Assembly (NCBI GenBank): GCA_020720785.1
Contig: DYOA01000004.1
Coordinates: forward strand, 21,523-85,522
Length of the DNA stretch: 64,000 nucleotides
Direction: 5' to 3'
DNA from: Leptospira biflexa
GTDB taxonomy: Bacteria; Spirochaetota; Leptospiria; Turneriellales; DYLW01
How positions within the stretch are numbered: the first letter of the stretch is position 1; each line of letters opens with the position of its first letter. Made by a program: the position numbers and the translations under genes. Positions 19,043 through 29,731 of the stretch are shown piece after piece. The notes under the pieces are model-generated. The model saw only the letters and a program-made list of their open reading frames with translations, did no database searches and was not told the origin of the DNA.

Positions 19043-19690
19043 ATGGATTTTTTTATTGACACTGCGGATCTGGACGAAATCCGCAAAGCAAAGGATTATG
19101 GAATACTGGATGGGGTTACCACTAACCCTTCGCTGATTGCGAAAACCGGGAAACCCTTTAAAAAGGTGATCGCGGAAATTGCCACCCTGGTACCCGGGGA
19201 TGTTTCCGCAGAAGTTTTGTCTCTGGATTTGGATGGAATTCTGCGGGAGGGCAGGGAGTTAGCCAAAATTGCCGGCAATATTGTCATAAAAGTGCCACTT
19301 ATTGCGGAGGGGATTAAAGCAGTCAAAATATTTTCCGGGGAAGGCATCAAAACAAATGTTACCCTGTGCTTTTCTTCCATGCAGGCACTTTTGGCAGCCA
19401 AAGCCGGTGCCACCTATATTTCTCCTTTTGTGGGGAGACTGGACGATATTTCCCATGACGGTATGGAATTGATACAGGAAATTGTCACCATATACCAAAA
19501 TTATGATTATTCCACAAAGGTGCTGGCTGCCAGCATCCGCCATCCCATCCATCTTAAAACAGCAGCGTTAATGGGAGCAGATGTGGCCACTATCCCTTTC
19601 AAGGTTTTTGATATGCTGGTCAAACACCCGCTCACAGATAAAGGGCTGGAACAATTTATTGAAGATTCCAAAAAGTTCCATTGGGATTGA
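19043..19690 (+). CDS. tal: transaldolase / fructose-6-phosphate aldolase (short TalC/Fsa type)
   Basis: The 215-aa ORF has '[10 protein letters not shown]', 'GVTTNPSL', 'IKVP' and 'TNVTLCFS...SPFVGRLDD', which match this family. Confidence 0.9.
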   Translation: MDFFIDTADLDEIRKAKDYGILDGVTTNPSLIAKTGKPFKKVIAEIATLVPGDVSAEVLSLDLDGILREGRELAKIAGNIVIKVPLIAEGIKAVKIFSGEGIKTNVTLCFSSMQALLAAKAGATYISPFVGRLDDISHDGMELIQEIVTIYQNYDYSTKVLAASIRHPIHLKTAALMGADVATIPFKVFDMLVKHPLTDKGLEQFIEDSKKFHWD

Positions 19691-19696
19691 TGGAAT

Positions 19697-20464
19697 ATGT
19701 CCCGAATTATTTCCATATTAAACCAGAAGGGTGGGGTGGGTAAGACCACCACCGCACTGCACCTGGCCTATGGTTTTGCCCTGGATTATCCGGATAGAAA
19801 AATCATGCTGGTGGATATGGATTCCCAATGCAATGCGAGCAGCATTTTTGTGGATAATTCCAGCTACACAAGGGAAAATTCAGTCTACGGCATACTGGAA
19901 AAAAAAGAAATCCATGGAAATGCCATTTTTGACACTCCGCTGGAGAATTTATTCATCCTTCCCTCGCATTTATCCCTGATTGAGATGGAGAACCAGCTCA
20001 CCACATCCATTGATGGATTTTTCCGGCTGTCCGATGCGCTAAAACCTTTAAAGAATGAATATGAATATATTTTTATTGACTGCCCTCCCAATCTTTCAGC
20101 CATAACCATTAACGCTATGGTTTCTTCTCATGATATTATTGTGCCTCTCCAAACCTCCAAGTTTTCCATTGACGGAATCCGGTTTATTGCCAATGCGGTA
20201 CAAAGCGTTAAAGATCGTTATAACCCATATCTAAAAATTTTAGGGGCACTGCTAACTTTTTTTGATCCCCGGACAACCATTGCCGCTGCGATGGTCCCAG
20301 AGATCAGAAAACACATTCCAGTATTCCAAACATATATTTCTAAATCGGTGGCGGTGGAAGAGGCACACCTTATGAAAAAAACCCTCTTTGACTATGCCCC
20401 CGGCAGTAAGGTTGCAAAACAGTATGACCAATTGATAAAGGAGATTCAAAATGTTTACAGATGA
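19697..20464 (+). CDS. ParA/Soj-family P-loop ATPase (orphan, no ParB nearby)
   Basis: It has the deviant Walker A 'NQKGGVGKTTT', plus 'VDMDSQCNAS' and 'IFIDCPP'. Confidence 0.85.
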   Translation: MSRIISILNQKGGVGKTTTALHLAYGFALDYPDRKIMLVDMDSQCNASSIFVDNSSYTRENSVYGILEKKEIHGNAIFDTPLENLFILPSHLSLIEMENQLTTSIDGFFRLSDALKPLKNEYEYIFIDCPPNLSAITINAMVSSHDIIVPLQTSKFSIDGIRFIANAVQSVKDRYNPYLKILGALLTFFDPRTTIAAAMVPEIRKHIPVFQTYISKSVAVEEAHLMKKTLFDYAPGSKVAKQYDQLIKEIQNVYR

Positions 20465-21101
20465 AAATAAAAAAAAGGGATTCAACAAAAAAGATATGAT
20501 TTCCAGTGCTGTTAAAAAGGAACTGTCAGAATCCGCCATTGACCGCAAAAAAGATTCCTATGGTTTAAAGGCAGCCGATGGGTCAGGACAGCATAGCGAA
20601 ATGATGTCTTATGGGAATCACATAAAAGATGAAATACACGGAAGAAAGAATATTGCGTTTTCCGGGATTTTCATTCTATTCCTGATTGGCCTCGCAGCGT
20701 ATTTCCTGTTCTTTAATCCATTCTGGGCGGGGAAAAAAACACCCATTTTGCTTTCTTCCACTCCAATAACGTCCAATGATCTGGATATGCTGGCCCAAAA
20801 AGAGAATCTTGTATTCCACATAAATAAACCGGTATATGTATATTATAACTGGGAAAAAAATCCTGTAAACAAGGAAATAACCATAGCAATTTACGAAATC
20901 ATGGCAAAACCAAAAGCGGGAAACAACAAATTGCGGGAAATGGTCGCAGAGAATACTTACGAATTGAATAATCCCAAATTTGACCATATATATACCCTTT
21001 TTCAGAGTGATTTTTTTGTCCGCAGTGGGGAGTATGAAATACAGATAAAAGAAGGACAGACCATACTGGAAGCAAAAAAATTCAGATTAACGGATAAGTG
21101 A
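20451..21101 (+). CDS. hypothetical single-pass membrane protein with Lys-rich N-terminus
   Basis: The 216-aa ORF overlaps parA by 14 nt and has AAGGAGA 6 nt upstream of its ATG. It has one TM segment, 'IAFSGIFILFLIGLAAYFLFF'. Confidence 0.6.
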   Translation: MFTDENKKKGFNKKDMISSAVKKELSESAIDRKKDSYGLKAADGSGQHSEMMSYGNHIKDEIHGRKNIAFSGIFILFLIGLAAYFLFFNPFWAGKKTPILLSSTPITSNDLDMLAQKENLVFHINKPVYVYYNWEKNPVNKEITIAIYEIMAKPKAGNNKLREMVAENTYELNNPKFDHIYTLFQSDFFVRSGEYEIQIKEGQTILEAKKFRLTDK

Positions 21102-22025
21102 TCATACGGAATAAAATAAAAACCAACCATTTTTTTCCATGGTTCTGATCTGCCTCCCCTCATTTTCCGAAAGGGTTGCCAACCAGGTCAAGAAAGATTC
21201 TGAAACATTCCTGTATATTCCGGATAACACCCATTGCCCGGAAATACTCAGGTAATTCCGGAAGACTTCCCGGTTGCTCTGGAAAACCCCGGGAAGAATG
21301 TTTGCGACAAACAGGTCAATATGCTTGATTCCTGGCTTTTTTCCCAACCAGGAAAAGTCATCTTTGTAAAAGTACAATTGATCCCACGGTAATTTTTTAT
21401 TGCTTGCATTGTGGAAATCCGCGTTAATTCCTTTATTCTGTTCAGAGGCCTCATAGGAAAGTTCTTCAATATCTATTCCATGAACGTTATCCGCACCCAG
21501 AATCAGGGAAGCGATGGATAAAATACCGGATCCGCAACCCATGTCAATAACTGACATACCCGGACGAACGTGATCTTCCAGATATTCCATCATCAATTGT
21601 GTAGTTTCATGCTGGCCAGTGCCAAAGGCAAAAGCCGGATTGATGATGATTATATTCGGATAATATGGATTTTCTTCCGGCATGTTTTTCAGAGAGGGTA
21701 CCAGGAGAAAGGATTTTCCCACGGGAAAGGGGTGCAGGGATAATTCCAGTTTTGCCAGAATATCCGCCGTTTTAATAATCTGGTGGTGGTATTCATAGTC
21801 CGTTATTTCCAGAAATTCCATAGCCATGACCACCACACTCGTTACCGGGTATTCTTCCCGGAAAGCAAACTGGAGCCATGTATCATCGTTATCCAGATTA
21901 TTGGTTTTTCCTTCCTCGTACAAAGTTTCTGCTGAAGATATGGCCCCTGACCGTAGAAAAAAATCGGTAACGGTATCTGATTTATCTTTGGGAACTTTTA
22001 AATCAAGTTGCAGAAATTTTTCCAT
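21102..22025 (-). CDS. prmA: ribosomal protein L11 methyltransferase
   Basis: The 307-aa ORF has SAM-binding motif 'VIDMGCGSGILSIA', a 'GIDIE' motif and a PrmA-like N-terminal domain. Confidence 0.8.
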   Translation of the reverse strand: MEKFLQLDLKVPKDKSDTVTDFFLRSGAISSAETLYEEGKTNNLDNDDTWLQFAFREEYPVTSVVVMAMEFLEITDYEYHHQIIKTADILAKLELSLHPFPVGKSFLLVPSLKNMPEENPYYPNIIIINPAFAFGTGQHETTQLMMEYLEDHVRPGMSVIDMGCGSGILSIASLILGADNVHGIDIEELSYEASEQNKGINADFHNASNKKLPWDQLYFYKDDFSWLGKKPGIKHIDLFVANILPGVFQSNREVFRNYLSISGQWVLSGIYRNVSESFLTWLATLSENEGRQIRTMEKNGWFLFYSV

Positions 22026-22044
22026 TTATTCTCCAATATAAAGT

Positions 22045-23904
22045 CTATTCATTCTTTGTCTGGTAGGGCAGATATACAGAAATGGATGTGCTACCTGGTC
22101 TGGAAAAAACATGTATAAATCCTTTATGCTTTTCGATGATTTTTTTCACAATACCAAGCCCCAGACCGGTGCCTTCCCCCGGAGCCTTGGTAGTAAAAAA
22201 CGGATCAAATATTTTTTCCTGTATACTTTCCGGGATGCCTTTGCCGGAATCTGTAATGGATATTCTTGCGTAAGGATATTTACCCTGGGTATCCGGATAG
22301 ATGATTTTTTCCAGCGATTCTCCAATAAAAACGGATCCGGGAATGGGTTGGGTTTTTGCATATACCATTTCTGTTTTTAATTCAATGGACCCATCGTGAC
22401 CCATTGCATGGATGGAATTGTTAATCAGATTTGTCCAAATCTGGTTTAATTCCCCTGGATTGGCTTCAATATTGGGAAGGTCAGCATAGTTTCGGATCAC
22501 ATCGATGCCTTTTTTTAGCTGGTTATGCAGAATGATAACGGTATTTTCCAGTCCGTCCCGGATGTCTGTGGGTTCATACAGGCTTTGGTCCAGGTGGGAA
22601 TAGTATTTCAATGCTTTGATAATGCTGGAAATTGCCTTAATCCCGTAACCGGCATTATCCAGATTCTGTTTTAAGCGGATGATATTTTTCAATATGGTAA
22701 AAAAATTATCGTCCATATTTAAAATTGCATCGGATTCCTCCATGAGGTTATTATCAATGATAAATTTTGCCCTGCTTTCCGCTTCATCTCTGGGCAGAAT
22801 TTTTTCCAATTGAATTTTCTGCGTAAGTTTTTTTGTCTCCAGAAATCGGAGGGACGAATTCATCGTATTTTTTTCTATTCCGGTTAATACCCGGGAGGTC
22901 AGTTTTTCCAGGATACTATTCTGGATACGGACGTTTTCTGACCGATGGATATCATCCGGTGAATTCAGTAAACCCAAAATACGAAAAATAAATTGGTCCA
23001 GGTTTTCCATTATGTTAACGATGGCACCATTAATCACACCGGAAGGAGTATTGATTTCGTGAGCGATCCCTGCAACCATGACCCCTAAGCTGGCCATTTT
23101 TTCGTTGTGTATCAGTAAACCCTGGGCTTCTTCCAGCTCTTCTGTTCTCTCCTTCACTTTTTCTTCCAGATTTTCATTCAGGGCGGTTATTCTTTCATAT
23201 AAAATGGTATTGGAAAGGGTTATGGAAGTTATATGGCGGATTTCATTCAGGAAGATAATCTCATCCTCTGTGAAATCCAGCCCGTTGATTTTTCTGCCTG
23301 CATACAGAATTGCCAGAAGATTTTTATTCAGATTGAAAGGTACAAAAACCTGCGATGCCGTCCGATCAAAAAAATCAAGAGCTTCTTTTCTAATGCTGCG
23401 GAATTTTTCTTCCGTGTCAAAATCTGTCCGGGTAAAAATCCTGTCCTGCTCGCTCATCCATAAAATGATTTCATCAAAGACCCGGAATTGTAGGGATTCC
23501 GAGGGATTTACCATTTTCATGGGGGAAAACGATCCCAGGGAATCATGCCAGACAAGCACATCAATATGTTCAGTCTCAAAAAGACGGTTGACAATCTCCA
23601 TTCCTGTCTCAATCACTTTCCGGGTGGAGAGCAGCTTGATGATCCGGCTCTGGTACTCCTCCAGCAAATTTCCAGTTAATCTCTTTTTTATTAACTTACG
23701 ATTCCGCAAATAATTCATTCCCCAGAAAGACAGGGAAGCAGACAGGAGATAGGAAAACAATATCAACAGGAAATAATTTTCCACGGGGATTAACCCCCAT
23801 TGATGCAGAAAATATAGTAAAATTATTATGATAAGAGGAAATATGAATAGGAACGCAGACGTTAAAAAAGCCGCAATGGAGAATTCAATTTTTTTCAATG
23901 GCAT
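22045..23904 (-). CDS. sensor histidine kinase (2 TM, GAF-like region, HisKA, HATPase_c)
   Basis: It has H-box '[10 protein letters not shown]', N-box 'LINNSIHAM' and G-boxes 'DSGKGI' and 'GTGLGLGI'. Confidence 0.88.
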   Translation of the reverse strand: MPLKKIEFSIAAFLTSAFLFIFPLIIIILLYFLHQWGLIPVENYFLLILFSYLLSASLSFWGMNYLRNRKLIKKRLTGNLLEEYQSRIIKLLSTRKVIETGMEIVNRLFETEHIDVLVWHDSLGSFSPMKMVNPSESLQFRVFDEIILWMSEQDRIFTRTDFDTEEKFRSIRKEALDFFDRTASQVFVPFNLNKNLLAILYAGRKINGLDFTEDEIIFLNEIRHITSITLSNTILYERITALNENLEEKVKERTEELEEAQGLLIHNEKMASLGVMVAGIAHEINTPSGVINGAIVNIMENLDQFIFRILGLLNSPDDIHRSENVRIQNSILEKLTSRVLTGIEKNTMNSSLRFLETKKLTQKIQLEKILPRDEAESRAKFIIDNNLMEESDAILNMDDNFFTILKNIIRLKQNLDNAGYGIKAISSIIKALKYYSHLDQSLYEPTDIRDGLENTVIILHNQLKKGIDVIRNYADLPNIEANPGELNQIWTNLINNSIHAMGHDGSIELKTEMVYAKTQPIPGSVFIGESLEKIIYPDTQGKYPYARISITDSGKGIPESIQEKIFDPFFTTKAPGEGTGLGLGIVKKIIEKHKGFIHVFSRPGSTSISVYLPYQTKNE

Positions 23905-24733
23905 TCAGAAGATAATCCAGAGCGGTTTTGGGGTTACCATCCAGCAGGTGCATCAGGGATAAATCAAACCAATCTTTTTTGTTTTTCTGTTTTTTGTTCT
24001 CTGCCATTTTCTTCCTGGTTTGGATATTTTCTTTGATTTCCCTTGCGGAATCACTGTCCAGCATTTCATAGATTTTCTGCAGTTTGGGATCTTTTTCTGC
24101 GATAGCTTTCAACGCATGGATGGATTCCTTTTCATTGTTTTTTTTCAGAAAAATGCTGCTTTTCAACTTCTGCATCAGAATATCCTGAGGATAATCATTC
24201 AGGATTCGTTCAATAAACCGCAATGCCATCACATCATTTTCCCGCTCATAATAAAGCACTGCAAGGGAGGAGAGGGCAGCTTTGTTTTTGGAGTCCAAGG
24301 AGAGTACATTTTTTATGTAAATCTCCGCCTTATCCAGTTCTCCCAGCTTGGAATAGGTATACCCCAGAAGCAAATGGGCCGGTAAAAAACGTGCATCCTT
24401 TTTCAGTAGTGAGTGGAGAATATCCCTTGCATCAGTATATTTTTCTTCCTTGAAATAAACCGAGGCAAGATTGTAATACGCCCTCGGATCCGGTTTGGAG
24501 GCGATTGCTTTCTGGTAGCAGTATTTTGCTTTATCCGGTTTTCCTGTCTTGGAATAGATGGCCCCGGCATTCAACCAGGAATCAAAAAAATGTGTATCCA
24601 ATTGCAGTGTCATTCGATAATACTCCAGTGCCTTTTTATAATTTCCGGAATTCTCTTCCTGCATTGCTTTCTGGAACAAAAGGCCAATTGTTTGCCTTTT
24701 TCTTGCTTCCTCATTTCCGGGATCTATTCTCAT
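23885..24733 (-). CDS. TPR repeat protein
   Basis: The 282-aa ORF has repeated 34-residue patterns ('YKKALEYYRMTLQLD', 'AKYCYQKAIASKPD', 'AEIYIKNVLSLDSKN'). Its end overlaps the kinase start by 20 nt. Confidence 0.8.
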   Translation of the reverse strand: MRIDPGNEEARKRQTIGLLFQKAMQEENSGNYKKALEYYRMTLQLDTHFFDSWLNAGAIYSKTGKPDKAKYCYQKAIASKPDPRAYYNLASVYFKEEKYTDARDILHSLLKKDARFLPAHLLLGYTYSKLGELDKAEIYIKNVLSLDSKNKAALSSLAVLYYERENDVMALRFIERILNDYPQDILMQKLKSSIFLKKNNEKESIHALKAIAEKDPKLQKIYEMLDSDSAREIKENIQTRKKMAENKKQKNKKDWFDLSLMHLLDGNPKTALDYLLNAIEKN

Positions 24734-24792
24734 GGCATCCTTTGTATTTTCGGCATTTTTTTGCGTTTGGTCAATACTTTTCTGTCTGAAGA

Positions 24793-25437
24793 TTATTTGT
24801 CCAGAATATTATTTAATCCCAGAAATATCTTCTTGATGTAAAACGGCATATCGGCATAATAGAACCTGCGATGAAAATCTCCATTCTGGCGGGATTCAAT
24901 TACGGCGTAGATTTCCTCCATTGGCAAAAGAAGATTATTCCTCAGGCCTCGTTTGAAAATCATGATGACGATGAAAAGAATTATTGACATGAAGGCAATT
25001 CCCCATGCCCCCGTGTTTCCCAATTGGCGTGCCCGGTGATCTGCTCTGATCATGGCTGATCGGTTGAGATTGGCAAGACTGCGGATGCTCTCCACGGTAA
25101 TCTTTAATGCAACCGGATCTCCCTGGAAAGCAGAATGATAATTCCTCTCAATGCTATCCAAAAAATACTGTTCTTTTATTTCTGTTATGTTTCCTCGTGC
25201 ACTTTGGTAAGCCAATTGGAAATCATTCAAAGATTGATTATCTTCCTTCGTGAGATTCCTGGTTGCAATGGAGGAGAGCATGGATTCCACTGCTTTCAGG
25301 GATTTATCATTCTGATCCAGAATTATTTCAATAGCAGGGGCCATGCGCTGGAAAAGCCAGATGGCACCAAAAGCCATGGTCAGATTTAGACCGATAATAA
25401 TCCATGTTCCTGTCAACAAAGAATGAAATGGTTTCAT
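24793..25437 (-). CDS. membrane sensor stub: two TM segments flanking a four-helix-bundle-like periplasmic region, HAMP-like tail, no output domain
   Basis: The 214-aa ORF has TM1 'WIIIGLNLTMAFGAIWLF' and TM2 'WGIAFMSIILFIVIMIF', followed by 'LLLPMEEIYAVIESRQNGDF'. AAGGA lies upstream of the start. It overlaps the trkA end by 4 nt. Confidence 0.6.
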   Translation of the reverse strand: MKPFHSLLTGTWIIIGLNLTMAFGAIWLFQRMAPAIEIILDQNDKSLKAVESMLSSIATRNLTKEDNQSLNDFQLAYQSARGNITEIKEQYFLDSIERNYHSAFQGDPVALKITVESIRSLANLNRSAMIRADHRARQLGNTGAWGIAFMSIILFIVIMIFKRGLRNNLLLPMEEIYAVIESRQNGDFHRRFYYADMPFYIKKIFLGLNNILDK

Positions 25438-26099
25438 TTTTCAAATCCTTTCATTAACGCAGCAAGTGACTTTTCCGAGGAAACGATAATCATGTTATCA
25501 TCCACCGTCAGTGGAAGGGATGGAGAAGGCTGGATAATGGTTTGTGCATTTTTTTTCCGGACACCAGCCACAATGACTCCGTATCGCCTAGGAAGCTCCA
25601 GGTCAATCAGGGTCTTCCCAATCATGGAAGGCTGGATTTCAATCTCCGTTAACTGTAAATCCGAATTCAGGGGATGATCCACGATGATATTCCGGAAAAG
25701 AAGTTTATTCGCAAATTTATTACCATATTCCAATTCCGGATTCACCACAAGATGGGCACCCACCAGTTTCAGGATCCGGCGATGGATGGCATCACTGGCA
25801 CGGGAGACAATGTAAGGGTTGCCCATTTGGCGTAATAGAGCGGTGGTGATGATGGAAGCCTCTTTGGAGTCATCCCCTATAGCACAGAGGGCAAAATCCC
25901 TTTTCCCTGGCCGAAGTCTTGCCAGCTCTTCCTCATCGGTGGCATCCATAACAATGGCCTCTTCCACAAAAAGGGAAGCATCATCCACCAGGGATTTTTT
26001 GGGATCGATGGCAATGACTTCAACACCTTTTTCACTGAGAGATTTGGCAACAGAGAGCCCAAATTGACCTAATCCGATAATTAACGCCTGTTTATTCAT
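25434..26099 (-). CDS. trkA: Trk/Ktr potassium uptake system NAD-binding (RCK) subunit
   Basis: The 221-aa ORF has a Rossmann motif 'IIGLGQFGLSVAKSL' and a C-terminal RCK_C-like region. Confidence 0.88.
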   Translation of the reverse strand: MNKQALIIGLGQFGLSVAKSLSEKGVEVIAIDPKKSLVDDASLFVEEAIVMDATDEEELARLRPGKRDFALCAIGDDSKEASIITTALLRQMGNPYIVSRASDAIHRRILKLVGAHLVVNPELEYGNKFANKLLFRNIIVDHPLNSDLQLTEIEIQPSMIGKTLIDLELPRRYGVIVAGVRKKNAQTIIQPSPSLPLTVDDNMIIVSSEKSLAALMKGFEK

Positions 26100-26119
26100 T
26101 GAATTTTCTCCTTGAGTGG

Positions 26120-28168
26120 TTATGAAAAGGGTATTTCCGCATTCGGATATCGGGATTTTCTGGTATCCGGTTGATCGCTTAAAAACATAAAAAGTGTCAG
26201 TGTCCCAATCCTGCCAATGAACATGGTGGCAATAATAATCAGCTTACCCATCTCATCCAGTTTGGCGGTGGCTCCCATGGATAACCCCACCGTTCCCATC
26301 GCGGAGGTTACCTCAAAGATGATTTCCTTTCCGGAAACGGACTGGGTGGTTAACAGCATCACGGACATGACAAACCAGATGATAAAACCAGAAAGAAAAA
26401 TGGTGACGGCTTTGATTATATATGTATTTCGTATGCGGGCACCGTATAGAATGACATCATCCCTATTGGATATTTTAAACCAGAAGGTGGAAAGCAGGAT
26501 TGTTGCCGTCATCGTTTTGATACCGCCCGCTGTCCCCCCCGGGCTGCCTCCAATGAACATAAGAACCAAAATGATCATATAGGTTGGATTGAGGATTTTG
26601 CTCATATCAATGGAATTAAAGCCTGCTGTACGGGTGGTTACAGACTGGAACCATGCATTATGGATTTTCCCCCAAACGCTGAATCCGGAGAGCGTGTGAT
26701 CCCATTCAAAGAGCAACACCATGATAAAGCCTGTAAAAAGAAGAACCAGGGTTGCTGTAAAAATAATTTTATCTGCGGCAGGAATGCTTTCTTTCCGGAA
26801 GAGTTTTCCCAGAGATATTGTGGTTGCCGGAGCCAATCCCCCAAAAATGATTAATGTGGATACTGAATGGAGGAGGGCAGGATTATCCTGATAGGAAATC
26901 AGGCTATCGCTTTGGAGGGCAAATCCTGCGTTACAAAATGCAGAAACGGAGGTAAAAAAACCACGCCAGATTGCCTGAAAAAGGGTATCTCCTTCGCCCA
27001 GAAAAAGAAATGTTAGAAATACCGCACCTGTCAGCTCAATGAAAAATGTGACCTTGAAAATATTGTAAAGGGAATTAAAAATGCTTTGCCTGTCCAGATT
27101 GGAAAGTGCGGAAATCATTCTTTCATGCTTAACGCTGATTCGGTAACCCAGGATATGCAGGGAAACAGTGGCAATGCCCATGATGCCCAGACCTCCTGCC
27201 TGTATTAGCAGCAGAATAAAGAATTGCCCCCAGAAAGTAAAATCCCGGGGAGTATCCAGTATGGTAAGGCCGGTAACACATACAGCACTCACGGATGTGA
27301 AAATGGCATCCACTATGCTTATATTTCCATGTGCAGAGGAAAAAGGAAGTCTTAATAAAAATGTCCCGATGAGTGACAAGAAAATAAATGTCATTATAAG
27401 AATTTTTGCGGGATTGTTAAAAAAAATACTGTACCAGGGAGCTGATGAATCCGAGTCCTGTCCTTTCCGGATCAATAAATATAGCTCTGAAATTAATGAT
27501 ACCAGAAAGACCAGGAGGGAATGCAAATAAAAAATTCCCACAATGGAAAAAAGAAAAGAGAGTATGGTAATCAATTTGTCCAATCCACGGCAGCATTTCA
27601 ACCGCAAAGTTTTTAAAAACAGGTAAAAAAATATATGGACGTTGACAGCAAGTGCAAAAAAGATCCATTGAAAATAAATGGAATCGCGTATTCCCCATGA
27701 GGAGTGCACCACTAAAAAGAATAGAGCTGATATTAAAGAACCAGTTGCCCTTTGCCTGGTTCTGGCTTCATGGGTATCTGCTTTTGGGTGATGGGTAATC
27801 TCATAGTCCAGAATCAGAAACAGAATCCCCGTAAGGATGGCAGATAAAAATAGAAAATTGAAAGGGTCTCGGATCATCAGTGAGCCGGAGACAGAGAAGG
27901 ATATTACCACAGATAAAAACCCAGCCAGTTTGAAACCTTTTTTTTGCCTTGCAATCATTGCGGATGAAAGCAGCATCAGAAACGAAGAGAAAAATCCCAG
28001 AATGGGTTTCCACAATGGCAGAACGCCGTCAGAATAATCCCAGAGCAGGAATGTCAATGGCAATAACGAAAAATTCAAAACCATGCTTTCTCTGCTCAGA
28101 TCAGAAAAAAGAAAACGAAAAGGAATGTTAGGATCAATTCTGTCCGTCTCTCTTTGTTTTCCAAACAT
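26120..28168 (-). CDS. trkH: TrkH/KtrB-family potassium transporter with ~230-aa extra N-terminal polytopic domain
   Basis: The 682-aa ORF has pore-loop-like 'CVTGL', 'AGGLGI', 'CNAGF' and 'GGSPGGTAGGIKT' motifs in its C-terminal ~450 aa. Confidence 0.87.
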   Translation of the reverse strand: MFGKQRETDRIDPNIPFRFLFSDLSRESMVLNFSLLPLTFLLWDYSDGVLPLWKPILGFFSSFLMLLSSAMIARQKKGFKLAGFLSVVISFSVSGSLMIRDPFNFLFLSAILTGILFLILDYEITHHPKADTHEARTRQRATGSLISALFFLVVHSSWGIRDSIYFQWIFFALAVNVHIFFYLFLKTLRLKCCRGLDKLITILSFLFSIVGIFYLHSLLVFLVSLISELYLLIRKGQDSDSSAPWYSIFFNNPAKILIMTFIFLSLIGTFLLRLPFSSAHGNISIVDAIFTSVSAVCVTGLTILDTPRDFTFWGQFFILLLIQAGGLGIMGIATVSLHILGYRISVKHERMISALSNLDRQSIFNSLYNIFKVTFFIELTGAVFLTFLFLGEGDTLFQAIWRGFFTSVSAFCNAGFALQSDSLISYQDNPALLHSVSTLIIFGGLAPATTISLGKLFRKESIPAADKIIFTATLVLLFTGFIMVLLFEWDHTLSGFSVWGKIHNAWFQSVTTRTAGFNSIDMSKILNPTYMIILVLMFIGGSPGGTAGGIKTMTATILLSTFWFKISNRDDVILYGARIRNTYIIKAVTIFLSGFIIWFVMSVMLLTTQSVSGKEIIFEVTSAMGTVGLSMGATAKLDEMGKLIIIATMFIGRIGTLTLFMFLSDQPDTRKSRYPNAEIPFS

Positions 28169-28288
28169 ATTATGAAGTCACCATTTTTCCGGATAATGAA
28201 TAATGCCGATACAGCTTGGCAAGTTTTATAAAAATACAAAATGCCCATAAAATATTGACGGCATGTTTCCGAATGAAACAGAATCCTT

Positions 28289-29728
28289 ATGGGTAAAACA
28301 CTTTTCCAGAAATTATGGGACTCACATGTCATTGATATCCGGAACAATCCCGCCGCTCCGGATGCTTCTGAAGATAAAAACCTGTTATATATTGACCTGC
28401 ATCTGGTTCATGAAGTGACCTCTCCCCAGGCCTTTGAAGGGTTGCGAATGGCTGGACGCAAAGTGAGGAAACCGGAAAATACTTTCGCTACCATGGATCA
28501 TAATGTCCCCACCATAGACCGGGATAAACCGGTAAAAGACCCCATCAGCAAAAAACAGATGGAAACCCTGAAAACCAATTGTGATGCCTTTGGGGTTACC
28601 CTGTACGATCTGGATTCATACGATCAGGGTATTGTACATGTCATTGGCCCGGAACAGGGAATTACCCAGCCGGGAAAAACCATCGTGTGCGGGGATTCCC
28701 ATACTTCCACCCATGGAGCCTTTGGTGCATTAGCCTTTGGAATAGGGACATCCGAGGTGGAGCATGTCCTGGCCACACAGACTCTTATTCAATCCAAAGC
28801 CAAAACCATGAAAGTGGAATTCCGGGGAAAATTGCCTGCCGGGGTGTATGCGAAAGATATGATCCTTGCCCTGATCGGAAAAATCGGGACAGACGGAGCC
28901 ACCGGATACGCTCTGGAATACACAGGAGAAACCGTACGGGAGCTTTCCATGGAAGGAAGGATGACTCTCTGCAATATGAGTATTGAAGCAGGTGCCCGTG
29001 CCGGTATGGTGGGTGTGGACGAGAAAACCATTGATTATCTCCAAAATCGGCCGTATTCTCCCAAAAACTATGAGGCTGCTGCCCAATATTGGAGACAATT
29101 TGTCTCCGATGAGGATGCGGTTTTTGATCGAGAAATCGTTATCGATGTGGAAAAACTTTCCCCGCAGGTAACCTGGGGAACCTCTCCGGGAATGGTTTTG
29201 TCCATCCATGACCTCATTCCAGATCCGGAAAAAGAGACTAATCCCACAGTTCAGAAGGGCTACAGGAAGGCACTGGAGTATATGGATCTGAAACCTCATG
29301 CCAGAATAAAGGATATTTTTCTGGATAAAATATTCATCGGCTCCTGCACAAATTCCCGGATTGAAGATCTGAGGGAGGCAGCGTCCGTCATCCAGGGCAG
29401 AAAAAAAGCCCCCAGTATTAAACAGGTCTATGTGGTGCCCGGAAGCCACAGGATAAAAGACCAGGCGGAGGCGGAAGGTCTCCATAAAATTTTCATAGAA
29501 GCCGGATTTGAATGGAGAGAGCCCGGATGCTCCATGTGCCTGGCCATGAATGATGATGTACTGGAGCCCGGGGAAAGATGTGCATCCACCTCCAACCGAA
29601 ATTTTGAAGGAAGACAGGGGAAGGGGAGCCGGACCCATCTGGTCTCTCCGGTTATGGCCGCATTAGCCGCAATCCACGGTCATTTTGTGGATCCATCCGA
29701 TGATTCCCAGATCAATAAGAAAGGATAA
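28289..29728 (+). CDS. leuC: 3-isopropylmalate dehydratase large subunit
   Basis: It has aconitase-family motifs '[24 protein letters not shown]', '[11 protein letters not shown]' and '[10 protein letters not shown]'. Confidence 0.95.
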   Translation: MGKTLFQKLWDSHVIDIRNNPAAPDASEDKNLLYIDLHLVHEVTSPQAFEGLRMAGRKVRKPENTFATMDHNVPTIDRDKPVKDPISKKQMETLKTNCDAFGVTLYDLDSYDQGIVHVIGPEQGITQPGKTIVCGDSHTSTHGAFGALAFGIGTSEVEHVLATQTLIQSKAKTMKVEFRGKLPAGVYAKDMILALIGKIGTDGATGYALEYTGETVRELSMEGRMTLCNMSIEAGARAGMVGVDEKTIDYLQNRPYSPKNYEAAAQYWRQFVSDEDAVFDREIVIDVEKLSPQVTWGTSPGMVLSIHDLIPDPEKETNPTVQKGYRKALEYMDLKPHARIKDIFLDKIFIGSCTNSRIEDLREAASVIQGRKKAPSIKQVYVVPGSHRIKDQAEAEGLHKIFIEAGFEWREPGCSMCLAMNDDVLEPGERCASTSNRNFEGRQGKGSRTHLVSPVMAALAAIHGHFVDPSDDSQINKKG

Positions 29729-29731
29729 ATC

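Noticed and set aside
28169-28288. A possible riboswitch or leader in the trkH-leuC divergent region (c-di-AMP ydaO-type for trkH, or a Leu attenuator or T-box for leuC).
   Set aside because: At only 120 bp it is too short for a ydaO or T-box element. I see no leader peptide with Leu codon runs and no conserved riboswitch core motifs, only a weak ATGCCG/CGGCAT long-range complement.
28730-29638. A 302-aa minus-strand ORF inside leuC.
   Set aside because: It is in the codon-aligned antisense frame of a gene with unambiguous aconitase-family motifs, and its sequence is low in complexity. It is a shadow ORF.
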